From: Octopus sinensis
Lineage: Eukaryota
Length of the DNA: 64,000 nucleotides
Direction: 5' to 3'
Assembly: GCF_006345805.1 (NCBI RefSeq)
Contig: NC_043004.1
Location: forward strand, 46,500,001-46,564,000
The notes under the pieces are model-generated. The model worked only from the letters and a program-made list of their open reading frames with translations. It was not told the DNA's origin and searched no databases. The stretch's first letter is position 1. The number at the start of each line of letters is the position of its first letter. Of this stretch, positions 1-12,596 are shown piece by piece. The position numbers and the translations under genes were made by a program.

Positions 1-169
1 TACATCTTCAGTTCAAATTCCGCCGAGGTCGAGTTTGCTTTTCATGCTTTCGGGGTCCAGGAAATAAATACCAGCTATAAACTGCTGTCGATGTAATTGA
101 CTTGCCACCTCCCACTAAAAATAATGTCTGTAGTATTTTAATAGAAAGTGACATATTCCCTAATGAGCA

Positions 170-1212
170 TAAAGGATGTAAACGTGGGTTCTATGGTTGT
201 AAATATCAGCTACTAAGAAGATCTTGGAAGATTCTCAAAATCAACAGAAAAACCTGTCAATAGCCTGGATAGACTAGAAAAAGGCTTTTGATTGCCTACC
301 ACATAGCTGGATTAAGAAATGTCAGGAAATGCTTAAAATAGCACCTACTCTGCGAAACTTTTTTCTGTAAGTATGAGATCATGGAGAACTATACTGACTT
401 TGAACAGTGTTAGGAGTTCACGTGACAATTTTTTTCAGGGTGACTCTCTATCACCACACCTCTTTGTCTAGCCTTAATACCTCTCTGATGTACAATATCG
501 CTATAAATTGTTTGATAAAAATATATATCATCTCATTTACATGTATGATTTAAAGCTATTTGCAAAGAATTACCAACAATTACAGGGCTTACTAGCGATT
601 ATTAAACAATTCAGTGATGACATCAGGATAAATGTGCAAAAGCTACGTTTATCAAAGGAAAAATGGCAGAAACATTTAACGTTAACCTTGACCAACAGAA
701 TGTCATAAAAGAGTTAGAACCAGTGGTGAGCTACAAATACCTAGGCTTAATTGAAGAGGACGGAATTAAACATGCACTGATGAGAGAAAGGATCAGAAAA
801 AAAATGTTATCGCAGGGTAAGATCAATACTGAAGACAGAGCTGAATGCAAGAAACAGGATCGAAGCGATAAATATTTTAGCTATACTGGTCGTGACTTAC
901 AGTTTCAGTATCTTTAACTGGTCCAGTACTGAAATATGTAATATTGACAGAAAAATACGAAAATTCTTGACAATGCTTAGAATACATCACGCTAAGGCAG
1001 ATATGGAACGATTATACTTGCAAAGAAAAGAGGGTGGAATTTTACAACTTGAATTATCAATGAAGGTATTTAGATCAAAATTGGCCTAAACACCTACCTG
1101 AAAAACTCTGGTGACTAGATGTCAAAACTTGATTCAAAGCATGAAAACAACAACGTATCATACTCAGAAACAAAACAGGCAAAGGAATATCTAAGTGAAT
1201 TCCAAATACCAG
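170..1212 (+). mobile_element. R4/Dong-like non-LTR retrotransposon, frameshifted RT-domain fragment
   Basis: Manual translation gives KGCKRGSYGC, SIAWID*KKAFDCLPHSWI, FFQGDSLSP, HLIYM(Y/D)DLKLFAK, YKYLG and RLYLQRKEGG, which are RT motifs of REL-type (R4/Dong) LINEs. Contains stops and frameshifts and is truncated at both ends. Confidence 0.85.
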
Positions 1213-1870
1213 TTGGGACTTTGGTGAACATGTTTATCACATCTAGACTCACCATCTGGTTAGATTCAGTGGGAGTATCCTTGATCAATTCTGAGAAGTG
1301 GGTGGAATTCTTTATGTACGAATGTGACTTTCCTGTTAATGGACGGATTATATCCACAAGGAAGCGGCTCAATGAATGATATACTGAACCTCTACAGCTC
1401 ACTATGAGTCTTAATGGAATATCATCCTTGTGAATCTTAAGGAGACCGTACATGTGTGGTAGATTACTGTGGTGTTGAGTCAGTTGTTTGTATTTCATTG
1501 GTGTAAAGTGATCCTTGTTCTTGATCAAGATCTTTGACAGCTTCTTCTCTGTTTTCAGAGTGGGGTCTTTCTTTTCTTTGCTGGAGCTACCATCAGTTAT
1601 AAGACTTGACAACTTTCAGAGTAGTCAGACTTGTTCATCACCGCTATAGCATTTTCTTGTCGGCTGGAAGTACTATGATGGAATTGTCACTCTGTAGTCT
1701 TTTGATAGCGAAATTTTCTTCCTTAGTGATGTTCGGTTTATGAGGTTTTGCTTTTTCTAGTACTTGCCTCCCTGACCTTTTGGTATCTTTACGGCTCTCT
1801 CTTCAATGGGGGCTATTATGTCCAAGTGTGGAATACGCTTGATGGTTGTCACAAAGTTGAAGTCACGCTA
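1213..1870 (-). mobile_element. Penelope-like element (Penelope/Poseidon type), RT N-terminal fragment
   Basis: ORF 1115-1612 has MYGLLKIHK, PLRLIVS, YIKNSTHF and SLDVINMFTKVP. Upstream frames give DNSIIVLPADK and (G)LNFVTTIKRIPHLDIIAPIEE. Confidence 0.9.
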
Positions 1871-1999
1871 GATTAAGAAGTTTATAAAACTCAAAGGTCA
1901 GAGAATGAAGACTGAAATCCGTCTACCGCCCGTAAAAGCAGTAATTAATATAAGTAACCGACACCTAGAAAGCTCTGAAGAAGCAGGACTGAACAAAAG
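1871..1999 (+). mobile_element. Inverted 5' segment of the same Penelope-like element
   Basis: The + strand reads VINISNRHLESSEEAGLNK, which continues into GLNF on the - strand at ~1864 to rebuild the PLE motif VxNxSxRxL...LxKGLNF. Confidence 0.75.
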
Positions 2000-3021
2000 T
2001 CATAAATGTTTAATAATATTGAGATCTGGGAACTGTGGATGGCCAGATAAAATGTTCAACTTCACTAGAATGTACCTCATGCAATTCAGTAACAACTTTA
2101 GCTGTGTAAATTTGTGTAAATCCTGAAAGATTGCGTTTCCCTCCGGAAACAGTACCGTAACCATAGGATGAATTTGATCAGATAAACTGCCTGAATAATC
2201 TTGACTATTAATTCTGCCATTGAGGGAAAACACTGGGTCAGTGGATTTCCAAGATATTGCTCTCCCACCCACCCAGATCATATCAGATCCTCCTCCATGT
2301 TTAACAGTTGGAAGAAGGCAGTCTGAGTCAAGTGCTTCTTTTGGTTCTCTCCACACGCATGCTCGGCCGTTGGTTGGAAATAAGGTAAAGGATTCATCAT
2401 CCGCTCTAGGGACCAATTCTGTAGGTTTTTACTCCACTCTAAATGCTTTGCAATGTTTGATTTTGAAAGTAGCAGTTTTCTGATTGCAGCCCTCACGTGA
2501 AATCCGGCTTTATGCAGCCCCCGGTAAACAGTTTTTGTGGAAACTGGGTTCTCGAGGTGGCCATTAAGCCCTGCAGAAATGTTGGGAGCTGTACTTTTGT
2601 GATCCTTTCTAACAATTCGCGCAAGAGTTCAACTATCCCTATCTGAGTGCTCTGGTTTTCTTCCGGAGTTTTGTTTCGGCGAGGAGGCTTTTTCCCTCTT
2701 TCTCAAAGGCTGTCATTACTTTCGAGACAGTACTTCTTGATACACCAAACATTTCGGATGTTTTCGTTACGCTAACACTTGCCATACGAGAACCAACGAG
2801 AAAACCTCTTTGAAAGTCCGATAGATCTTTCATTTTAATGAATTTTAATTACCTTTTTCTGAGGATATCTAAAACGAAACAGCAATTTTAGCAAAGCATA
2901 TTAAGCAACACTAATAATAAATAAAAATCATAAAAAATAAACAAGCTTTTGACGGTTTATAGATATTTCAAAATTACAATGCTATGATACTAGATGTTTT
3001 CATTATTTTGTCCAACCACTG
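2000..3021 (-). mobile_element. Tc1-like DNA transposon remnant (disrupted transposase, one TIR)
   Basis: Frames give MKDLSDFQRG..GVSRSTVSKVM (paired-like HTH), DESFTLF, TVKHGGGS, IFQD and PQFPDLNIIKHL. The terminus CAGTGGTTGGACAAAATAATG at 3021-3001 abuts TA. The other end is missing. Confidence 0.9.
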
Positions 3022-3230
<209 letters not shown>

Positions 3231-3865
3231 GTGTATTGTGTTCCCATTCAATATATTCGTTGACCAATTCTTCATTGTTTACTATTAATTAGCGAGGCTG
3301 GTTCATGGAAGTGTTCGTTACGGAAAACAGGTATTGTCTTACTATATAAATAAACTTTGATTCAATCGATTCCCTACCCTACCTGTTCTTGTGCATGTGC
3401 ATTTGTGTATTTTCGTTACATTCGTTATGAAGTCAGTAAATACAAAGGTGTGTTTTAATTGGATCAATATCTACTTATAGATAGTGAACGGAATGCGCAA
3501 TTACATTAACTTTTATATACTTATAAAGAATATGTGTTACACATATATGTGCTTGTGTACATATGCGAATGTGTATTTGTGCTTTCTTGTGTTAGTATGT
3601 TTTGATAAATATTTTGGTGGACAAAAGATAATATGTCCAAGAAAGGTTCATTTATTTCTCGGCAGAAACAAGGATAAAGGTAAGTCTAATGCCAAGAATA
3701 GAAAAAGAATTTATGACGTGCGTCGACTTCCTTAACGTAATGAAGTAATAAATCTCGAAAATTCTCTCCTTCGTGTTCAAAACCCCTCCTCTCTCTTGTT
3801 TATTTAGCTTTCGCCTGAATCTCCGTAGTATATTCCTCTCCCGTGTGTCTATCGTTATAAATAAC

Positions 3866-4102
3866 TATTTCTTTACTACCCACAAGGGGCTAAACACAGA
3901 GAGGACAAACAAGGAGAGACAAACGAATTAAGTCAATTATATCGACCCCAGTGCGTAACTGTTACTTATTTAATCGACCCCGAAAGGATGAAAGGCAAAT
4001 TCGACCTCGGCGGAATTTGAACTCAGAACGTAACGGCAGATGAAATACGGCTACGTATTTCGCCCGGCGTGCTAACGATTCTGCCAGCTCACCGCCTTCT
4101 AC
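3866..4102 (-). mobile_element. tRNA-derived SINE family A, full length
   Basis: Head GGCGGTGAGCTGGCAGAA, B-box-like GAGTTCAAATTCC and core CTTTCATCCTTTCGGGGTCGAT. Flanked by 13-bp TSD CGTTATAAATAAC (3853-3865, 4103-4115). Confidence 0.9.
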
Positions 4103-4541
4103 CGTTATAAATAACGTAAATGCATATAAGTAAATAGGCTTTACAAAAGCTTACTTTCTACATTTTAATCCTATGCGATTAACACTTTTCTCTCTTTCTC
4201 CCTTAATCTCAGACGAAGATGATTCACTACATATAAGTAATTTGACGCTTTTTCGAGAGATGTTTATATCACTCAGCACTGGAATACCTTCACCGCAGAC
4301 CCTCATTCGTAAATGATGACTTAGTAGCTAAAATCAGATATTTAGTGAGTGCCATTCTATCAAAAGAAAGAGTATTACACTGAAGAAAATACAACTACTT
4401 TATTCTTGTCGGGTAACTGGATCTGTCCTAACTGAGGCTAAACATTTTCGCTTAGTAGTGACTCATTGTTAAATCAATGCAAGAAGACTTCTATGAATTT
4501 TTTTTTAATCGATTACTTATCACTGATTCAGACGAACTGCT

Positions 4542-4976
4542 GGATCTTTTCGGTTTGACGGCAGTTTTTTCTAGCGGTGTCATATGAAATTGCCACCCAT
4601 AATTATGATCCTAGAATCGATCTATTGCATTTCAATCTCTTTTAGGGTTAGGGGTAGTTAGGGTTAATTAGTGTTAGGAGTTGGGGAAGGGTATCTTTAT
4701 TTCTTCACAAATGTAAATAAACCCAGTCTGTTTCTTAAACGAGGGACATATTCATACGGCACAGAATGCTTTTTAACTCAATAGACGTCACTGATTGGTT
4801 GAAATTGAAGAAATTGAAGAAAAAAAACAACAAATATCTTACAAACTATAGAATTTTCTCAATGAATCCAAGAGAAAAAGATGTTTTATAAACATATTCT
4901 ACCAGTATACGACGTTTAAAATTTTTTAGTTAGCTAGAAATTATGTTAAAAACTGCCGTTCAAACCGAAAAGATCC
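4542..4976 (+). mobile_element. GG-ended MITE with 8-bp TSD and internal TTAGGG repeats, copy 1 (Merlin-like)
   Basis: TIR GGATCTTTTCGGTTTG(A)ACGGCAGTTTTT at both ends. TSD GAACTGCT/GAACTGCC. Near-identical to four other copies. Confidence 0.9.
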
Positions 4977-5436
4977 GAACTGCCTTCTTCCATCTCATCA
5001 ACGAGATAATGGCACTAGGAACAATATAAAGTAGTGTGTGGCTACTTTCAATCCAGTATACAATTTAGTTTGCATGCAAACTGCTATACGGATGACATTT
5101 TTAACATAATGTATTAATGTGACACATTTATTTGAATTTATTAGAGAATTATATGTATAGTATTGTATATAAGAGAATTTATCAAATAATCCTGGCATAA
5201 TATGGGTGCACTGGAATTTTTATTGCACTCTCCCATAGTGCAATTGAAGGTAAGTTTCCTTTAAATCTACGTGGCTTCTTCCTTTTATCTCATATTCTAA
5301 TATAAAAATGATGGCTACTTTATCCTCTCCTATTTTCTTACTCGCGTGAAGATTATTTCATTATTGAGAGAGGAAAAAAGAAGCATGTTCAGAATATACG
5401 TTAGTTTCCTTGCATTATTTTTACCCTCAAAATACG

Positions 5437-5760
5437 ACGAGCTGGCAGAGTCGTTAACACGTAGGGTGAAAGCTTCGCAGCATTTCGTCTGTCTCTACAT
5501 TCTCAGTTCAAATTCCGCCAAGGTCGAATTTGCCGTTTATCTTTTAAGGTGAGGAGCTGGCAGAATTCTTAGCGCGGCGGGCTATATGCTCACAGTATTT
5601 TGTTTGTCTTTACGTTCCGAGTTCAAATACCGCCGAGGTCGACTTTGCCTTCTATCCTTTCGGAGTCGATAAATTAAGTACCAGTGAAGAACTGGAGTCG
5701 ATGTAATCGACTAATCTGTTCCTGGCAAAGTTTCAAGCATTGTGCCTATAGTAGAAAGGA
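5437..5760 (+). mobile_element. Two tandem SINE A copies (degenerate)
   Basis: Two GAGCTGGCAGA heads (~5437, ~5553), each followed by GTTCAAAT.CCGCC.AGGTCGA. Confidence 0.8.
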
Positions 5761-5893
5761 TTATTTTCCCCAAAAAAATTCAGTATTTTAAAAACATCTT
5801 GAAATAGACATATTCAGTATATGACATGACAAAAGAAACACAACTGGCTGTATAGAGGCTCAGCAATCGAGATTGGATGAAATAATTCCTTAC

Positions 5894-5933
5894 TCGGAAG
5901 AGAAATTCTAATCAAGGCGATACAGCTTTTATT
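5894..5933 (-). CDS. Candidate 40-nt micro-exon (NKSCIALIRISLP)
   Basis: Acceptor tatacttatacatatcag, donor CGA|gtaagg, one open frame. No homology support. Confidence 0.15.
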
Positions 5934-7718
5934 CTGATATGTATAAGTATAAAATTTTATGATGAATTTGTTGTCCGTGACCAAATGAGGCAATGGCATG
6001 TTTGTGTGGAGGTTTTGCAGATCTGCTGCTATAATACACTATGTTGCTCCGTAAGCAATAGGGTATGCAATTCCCATTATTTCCAACAGCTATTTAATCA
6101 TTGTATCACTTTAAATTGTTTCCATATAAATTCGTATACATTTTATGTGTTCATGGTTAATTTGGAGCAGCTTGTACTGTAATCTGCCTCTCACTGCATA
6201 GACTGAAAGTCTAAAATATGACATCAAAATAGAGAAGGATATGTGTTTGACATTATGAGTGTTCAAGTCCTGTATGCTACAAAAAGCAACCCTCGGGCGA
6301 GGTTTTAATCTATCACTGAACCGCCACAAATCAGCAGTCGTGATATGAATTCAGTGCTGACATATAATACAATTCTCATTTTATCTGGTATTGGTATGTG
6401 CCTGAACTTAGATATATACAAACTAAAAATTGATGTCTTTCATACACTAGTTGTAGAGATGATATGAAAATATTACTGTTAACTAGCATACCGGAAATTA
6501 AACATGTCGTCCCGAAAGGAGGCAATTTGACATCATCTTATCTGATGTTGCTGTTTAGACAAACATGAACATAACTATACATTTCACCTCCTTGAATATT
6601 GAGACATATTATTCTGCTGAAAGACAGATTGTTCTCAGTTATGATGCACCAATATATAAGCTGCCATTTAATGATCTCCACCGGTTCATTTTACTTTTGT
6701 TTCCTCTCCTTTAATAACTCGCTGAAAGTGATAGACGCAAAGTGAGAGAGAAAGTGAGAGAGAGTGAGATAAATAAATAGGAAGGACAGGTAGGTAGATA
6801 GATAGAGAGAGAGAGGGAGATAGATAGAGAGAGAGAGAGGGAGATAGATAGAGAGAGAGAGAGACAATTCTCAAGTGTCAATGTAATGTCTCGTAGGAAT
6901 GTATTTATCGAAAGTAGGTTTCATCAACACGATATATATATATATATATCTTTCAGAACCAACTTTAGATTTCAGTAGCGTCACCTCAGTAAGGTGTGGT
7001 TTTGTGTTTCAAATAAATAAGGATGGTAGCAGACATTTTCCTCTAACAGATATCAATTTAAAATAATTATTTCAGGAAATTCTAGCAATCAATGAATTCA
7101 CTTTGTGGAAAAGCTAAATATATTTCAAAATAATTTTTACAGAGAAAACTTGTGAGTTTTTATTTCAAATACTATAATTTATGTAATCTGAATGCAGTTT
7201 TATACTAACTCGTTTAAGTAAATTTTCATCCACAATTATTAATGATATAATACAGTATTTAACTACCTAAAATAACTTCTGGACATTTTCTTAAGTTTCT
7301 ATCCCCCTTCAAATTATATGGTTTCGCTATTTACATTCTCCCTCGAGTCTGTTATAGCTCTGCAAAAAAATAGTCATGTGTATTATATGTGATTTATTAT
7401 ATATGATTACCGAAAATGAATTAGTGCACTGAATAACTGCAACAGTAATAACAACCACATATCCTAAAATGTAATTTCTCTTTAAAAAATTTGCATCGAA
7501 TTATAATTTCCAAACACGTCAAATGGAGTTTAATTAAAACTGCTCAACAAATCACCTTGATTATCTAAAATTAATTAATTCACATTTAAAATACTATTTT
7601 AATTCAAAGTCAATTCTTTGCGATGTTTCGAAGACAAACTCAGGAACGTCAATACACATACATGAAGGAATTTAACATAGAGATAAAACTTTCATTGATG
7701 TGAATCAGGTAGAGACAA

Positions 7719-7760
<42 letters not shown>

Positions 7761-7835
7761 AAGTGATATCTAATACAGCATCGTAGAAATGCATTTACCA
7801 ACAAGTTTTCATCAACACTATCAAATAATTCTTAC

Positions 7836-7864
7836 GACAGCCAACTTTGAGTTCACAATCTTAA
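7836..7864 (-). CDS. Candidate 29-nt micro-exon (xKIVNSKLAV)
   Basis: Acceptor atattttattacag, donor GTC|gtaaga. No homology support. Confidence 0.2.
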
Positions 7865-8639
7865 CTGTAATAAAATATGTCTTATTTTCTAGTGGAACTG
7901 TGCCAGTGATTTGCTCGCATTTATACGATGAAACGTTTGTAACAACATGAAATAAATTCAAATAAAATGGAAATTTAGCTGTGTAGTGCATTGTTAAGTA
8001 ACTTCGAAGATACAGTTTCCCCTGTTCCAACTGTCTGTCTGATGTCATATCATTTTCTAGGGAGGTACTACACAAAATAACAATATTATTTATTTAATTA
8101 AATAAGTGGATTTCTTGCTATATATTTCAGTCAAACTTATGCAAAAGTACTTTTATGTATTCATTTTGTAAAAATTGTTTTAATATTTCTGCCTGTTTGC
8201 AAGTTTCAAAGTAGTAATAATTCTCGCATAGTATAAGATATATAGAGCAAATTTGAGCTGTGGTTTTTCAGAAGCAGATCATATGACACATGGCTCATCA
8301 TCAACCGATCCCTACTACTAAATTCTTCAAGCCAAGTACTATTCAAAAAATTCTACGAGTCGCAAGACTGGTATAAAATATCAAGCATTGCTATAGAGAA
8401 TGAAAACGTGGTTGTATTTTCCTTAAATGAACTTCATGCTAACAAAAGATTTCTCAAGTCATCTATAGATAATCCACAGGTGGATTATTCCTATAATCAT
8501 TGAATATATTTAACAGTATTATAAGAAATTCTCTCATAAATGTAATAAATTATTATCATTGTTGTAATTCTTTTAGGTGGAAAAAAGAGTTAAGGTACAC
8601 TACACCTGACAAAATACATATCAGAATTTCTTTTGGTTT

Positions 8640-8945
8640 TAAATTCTAAATTCAAATACCAGCGAGGTTAATTTAGCTTTGCATCCTTTCGGGATTGCTA
8701 AATTAAGTACCGGTTCAGAAATGGGATCAATCAGCCACCTCTCCACGAATTTCAGGCCTTCTTTCTATACAAGAAAGAATTATCAACTTTTGCTGGGTGG
8801 AGACCGAGTAAAATCGGTACCGCATCAGGCGTTTCTTTCGGCTTCACGTTCTGAGGTTAAAAGTCACCGTTCATCCTTTCAGAGTTGATATAATAAGTAC
8901 CAGTTGAGTATTGCGAACGATCTACTCGAGTAACTCCTCCCCTCT
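8640..8945 (+). mobile_element. Two degenerate SINE A fragments
   Basis: Two copies of the CATCCTTTC..AAGTACC core. Confidence 0.7.
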
Positions 8946-8964
8946 CTGCTATAGGAGAAAAAAA

Positions 8965-9381
8965 GGATGTTTTCGGTTTGAGCGGCAGTTTTTTTCTAGC
9001 GGTGTCATATGAAATTGTGACCCATAATTATGACCCTAGTATCGATCTATTGCATTTCAATCTATTTTAGGGTTAGGGTTAGGGTCAGGGGGGAGGGTAT
9101 CTTTTTTTCTTCACAAATGTAAATAAATCCAATCTATTTCTTAAACGAGGGACATATTCATACGGCACAGAATGTTTTTTACCTCAGCAGACGTAATTGA
9201 TTGGTTGAAATTGCAGAAATTGAAGAAAAAAACAACAAATATCTTACAAACTATAGAATTTTCTCAAGAAAGCCAAGAGAAAAAGATGTTTTATAAACAC
9301 ATTCTACCAGTATACGAAGTTAAAAATTTTTTAGTTACCTAGAAATTATGTTAAAAACTGCCGTTCAAACCGAAAAGATCC
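8965..9381 (+). mobile_element. GG-ended MITE, copy 2
   Basis: Same TIRs and body as copy 1. Perfect 8-bp TSD GAAAAAAA (8957-8964, 9382-9389). Confidence 0.9.
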
Positions 9382-9930
9382 GAAAAAAATTACATTATTA
9401 TTTGTAAGGGGCTACCCCATTGTCTCTATTGTGCTGCATATACTGTAGTTTCTGTTCTACAGATATCGTCATATTCGATATCTATACTAGTGAATGCTTA
9501 TTATTATGTAAATTCCAGACAGTATTTCGTATTTGGACGTCACAAATGTTTGACCAATGAATGAGCTAAACAAGATTACATTGTTTGTAATGTTACAAAT
9601 GTCGAGTTATATAGGACTGATTTCTATGAGCAGTGATTATTGAGTATGCGTGTAAGATTTAGGAAATTTATTGAAAAGGAGGAAATAATGAAAATAATAG
9701 TATAATTTTGTTCGAAGCACAACTAATAGAGTTAACAGCAATCAATTTTGACTAAATTTAATTTCGAAAGTGTTACAGCTTTATTCGGAATTTATCAAAT
9801 GGATTCCGTTTTTACTAAACCAGATTAGTGAAACCATTCCGAATTAGATAATGTACAATTGTTGCTACTTGTTTCTGTTATTGTTCTTAGTAGTGCATGC
9901 TCCTGCTACTGCAACAGCTATATTAAGAGC

Positions 9931-9993
<63 letters not shown>

Positions 9994-10052
9994 CACTATC
10001 ATCATCAGTGCCATCACCACAATCACCACCACCACCATCGTCATCGTCATCG

Positions 10053-10110
<58 letters not shown>

Positions 10111-10112
10111 TA
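9931..10112. repeat. Compound (AAT)n-(CAC)n-(CAT)n microsatellite
   Basis: Seen directly in the sequence. Confidence 0.95.
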
Positions 10113-10370
10113 TCAACCTCATCATTCTTACTGACAATTCTCTATTTCTTATTGTTAAGGCGGCGAACTGGTTGAATAGTTACGGCATTGGACAAAATAC
10201 TCAATGGCATTTCTTTCGTCCTTTACTTTATGTGTTCAAATACGATCGAGGTGGAATCTGCATTCTATTTTTTTGAGGCGGGTAAACGAATAACTGTTGC
10301 GGACTGGGTTGATTTAATCGATTTACCTGCCTCTCAAAATTGATAGTTATGCAACAAAATAAGAAAATAC

Positions 10371-10400
<30 letters not shown>

Positions 10401-10404
<4 letters not shown>

Positions 10405-10775
10405 TAGTGTTATTTTTATAGCGTGCTTTCACTTCACTACCGAGCGCAGCTCTGTGTGCCTTGGGTATGTGCTGTGATTTGTTGTGATGCTCTGATGGTT
10501 ATTGTATGGAAAATGTTCTGCGTAGGATGTGTGCAGTGCCTAGTAGTGCAATTTTCTGTATGTTATATGTGTTTGTAAGTCCTGGAGTTTTTGTTATGTA
10601 TTTGTCTGAATATTTTTTTATCATGCCTAATGCTCCTACTATGATAGGAATTGTTTCTGTTTTCAGATTCCACATTCTAGTTACCTCTATTTCCAGGTCT
10701 TTGTATTTTGAGAGTTTCTCCATTTCTTTTAGAGACACGTTGTCATCTGCCGGTATTGATACATCAATTAGAAAG
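10401..10775 (-). mobile_element. R4/Dong-like LINE 3' end (REL endonuclease C-terminus plus 3'UTR) between (TAA)n arrays
   Basis: ORF 10499-10738 reads KEMEKLSKYKDLEIEVTRMW..IPIIVGALG..IQKIALLGTAHILRR. (ATT)n lies at ~10370-10400 and ~10778-10890. Confidence 0.9.
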
Positions 10776-10798
10776 CATTATTATTATCATTATTATTA

Positions 10799-10863
<65 letters not shown>

Positions 10864-10889
10864 GTTATTATTATCATTATTATTATTAT

Positions 10890-11291
10890 TGAGAGGGAGA
10901 GCAGTGCATGCCATCAAAATGACACTGTGGTAAAATATACAAAGCCCAGTTTATCCATCATGACTACCCGTCTGATAAGGATACACCAGGCACATGCATC
11001 ACAACCATATGTGCGCGACATGGTGATCTCATAACAAGATGAACAGTGCATGACCTTGCGGGTGGGGCCCAGTTAGAATTTTCTTCTGGTTGGGTAACCC
11101 ATCCCACTCGAAAGGTCCTTGATTAAGGGTTGTTTAAGGATGTTGAATGAAACAGCCATGTTTCCAGAGGTGAATTATTCAAACCCCAAAGAATCCCTCT
11201 CAAAACATAGCTATGATGCTCTTCCACTCCTTCTACTCGTGATCAGAGATGCACATATCGTCAGACACTAAGGGACATGCACAACTGGTTA
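10890..11291 (-). mobile_element. Non-coding interspersed repeat D, copy 1 (shorter at the high-coordinate end)
   Basis: Highly similar to 28596-29060. Starts at the same point next to (ATT)n. Strand is inferred from the (AAT)n tail. Confidence 0.8.
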
Positions 11292-11299
11292 TTATTTTT

Positions 11300-11340
<41 letters not shown>

Positions 11341-11639
11341 TATCATCATCAATATCATCATCATCATCATTGTTGTTATGACTTTCATTATGTAGGTTGT
11401 TTTGTTCTTATGCGAGTAGTTCAAATTTTCACCCAGAGACCCCAAGTGACAGCATCGTTGTACGTTTTACTTTGTGTGTTATTAGTATATAGCAATGATA
11501 TTTTACAGGGAAACGAAACTAAATTCTGAGAATTAGATCTCTTTAAAATTTTGTTGCAGTGTTTACAATTCCTACACTCTCGGGTTAACGGCATTTTCTT
11601 AGGGTGTGGGATGTACGTATGGGAATATTGTTTTTCTAG

Positions 11640-12070
11640 GTATGACACTTTTCCTTTCTTGGTATTTCCTTATAGTATTTAAGAGTGCCTAAAGATCCGG
11701 TGATCATAGGTACGGGCACAATATATTTCCACCTATTAATTAGCATTTTGGTTCTTTAACTCTAAGTGCAGCCATCAAGTCATGGATAATTGTCACCTTA
11801 GACTTTCAGAATCTCTTCATCTCTTTGGATAGGTCCTGATATTCAAGAATATTCTGAATTTTTTGCATCTACTCTATTATATGATATAAAAAGTTCTATG
11901 GCCTTACCTTGTCTGTAGTCGTATCTGGTCTTCCTGTTTCGATAGTATGCTCAGTTGTTATTAGAAAATTCTATAAAATCCCGTGATTTTTGCTTATCAC
12001 AGAGTATGGCCTGTGTACATGCCAGTTATTCATTACTTTGATTTCACAAACATGGCTGTAATTCCATTGC
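11640..12070 (-). mobile_element. Highly decayed R4/Dong-like REL endonuclease fragment
   Basis: The - strand reads NWHVHRP, TEHTIETGRPD, EYQDLSKEMKR and IVPVPMITGSLG. Confidence 0.6.
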
Positions 12071-12276
12071 AGTGAATGAATTTTAAAAGAGATAAAATCA
12101 TAACACAGTATAAAAAACCAATGCGTTCAACCTCACACTGAATCCTACTTGATTGTTATATAGAAGCAAATATTTCCGACTAGAAACTACAAAACGGATA
12201 CAATGAATATGTAGCATTTGGATGAAAGAACAAAAGTTATAGGCTGGTATACTTCTTCAATAATAAAAAGAAAACG

Positions 12277-12596
12277 ATGGTTCCTGCCACTTCAGCATAG
12301 CTGTTCCATACGGAACAATTTTACTACTATTTTTTAACCCCAGAGGGAAACCTCCTTCAGCTGGTTAACAACATAAAACCTGTGTTCGATATGTTTCGAG
12401 CAAGACAGGTGTCCAGTACTGAGAAGGATAAGACACTGAAACCAGATGTGGTTTACTGGTCCTGTCACCGCTGGATGGGGCATCGGACACAGGTCTTGTG
12501 TCGTTAACCAGCTGGAGATGGTTTCCTCTTGGAGTTTAAAAAGAGAAGTATCGTTGTACCGTATCTAAAAGCTATGTTGACGTGGCAACAGGCATT
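12277..12596 (+). mobile_element. Short element with ~115-bp inverted arms around a core-deleted hammerhead fold
   Basis: Arms ~12277-12390 and ~12481-12596 are imperfect reverse complements. The spacer holds helices I, II and III, GAAA and GUC. Confidence 0.75.
12404..12466 (+). ncRNA. Type I hammerhead ribozyme relic lacking CUGANGA
   Basis: GACAG/CTGTC (helix I), GTGTC/GACAC (II), GAAA, ACCAG/CTGGT (III) and GUC at 12459-12461. Confidence 0.65.

Noticed and set aside
11255-11270. CTGACGA on the - strand of repeat D, and CTGATGA at ~22324 (mariner) and ~56897 (RTE 3'UTR)
   Set aside because: There is no correctly placed GAAA or closing helices, so these are chance heptamers.
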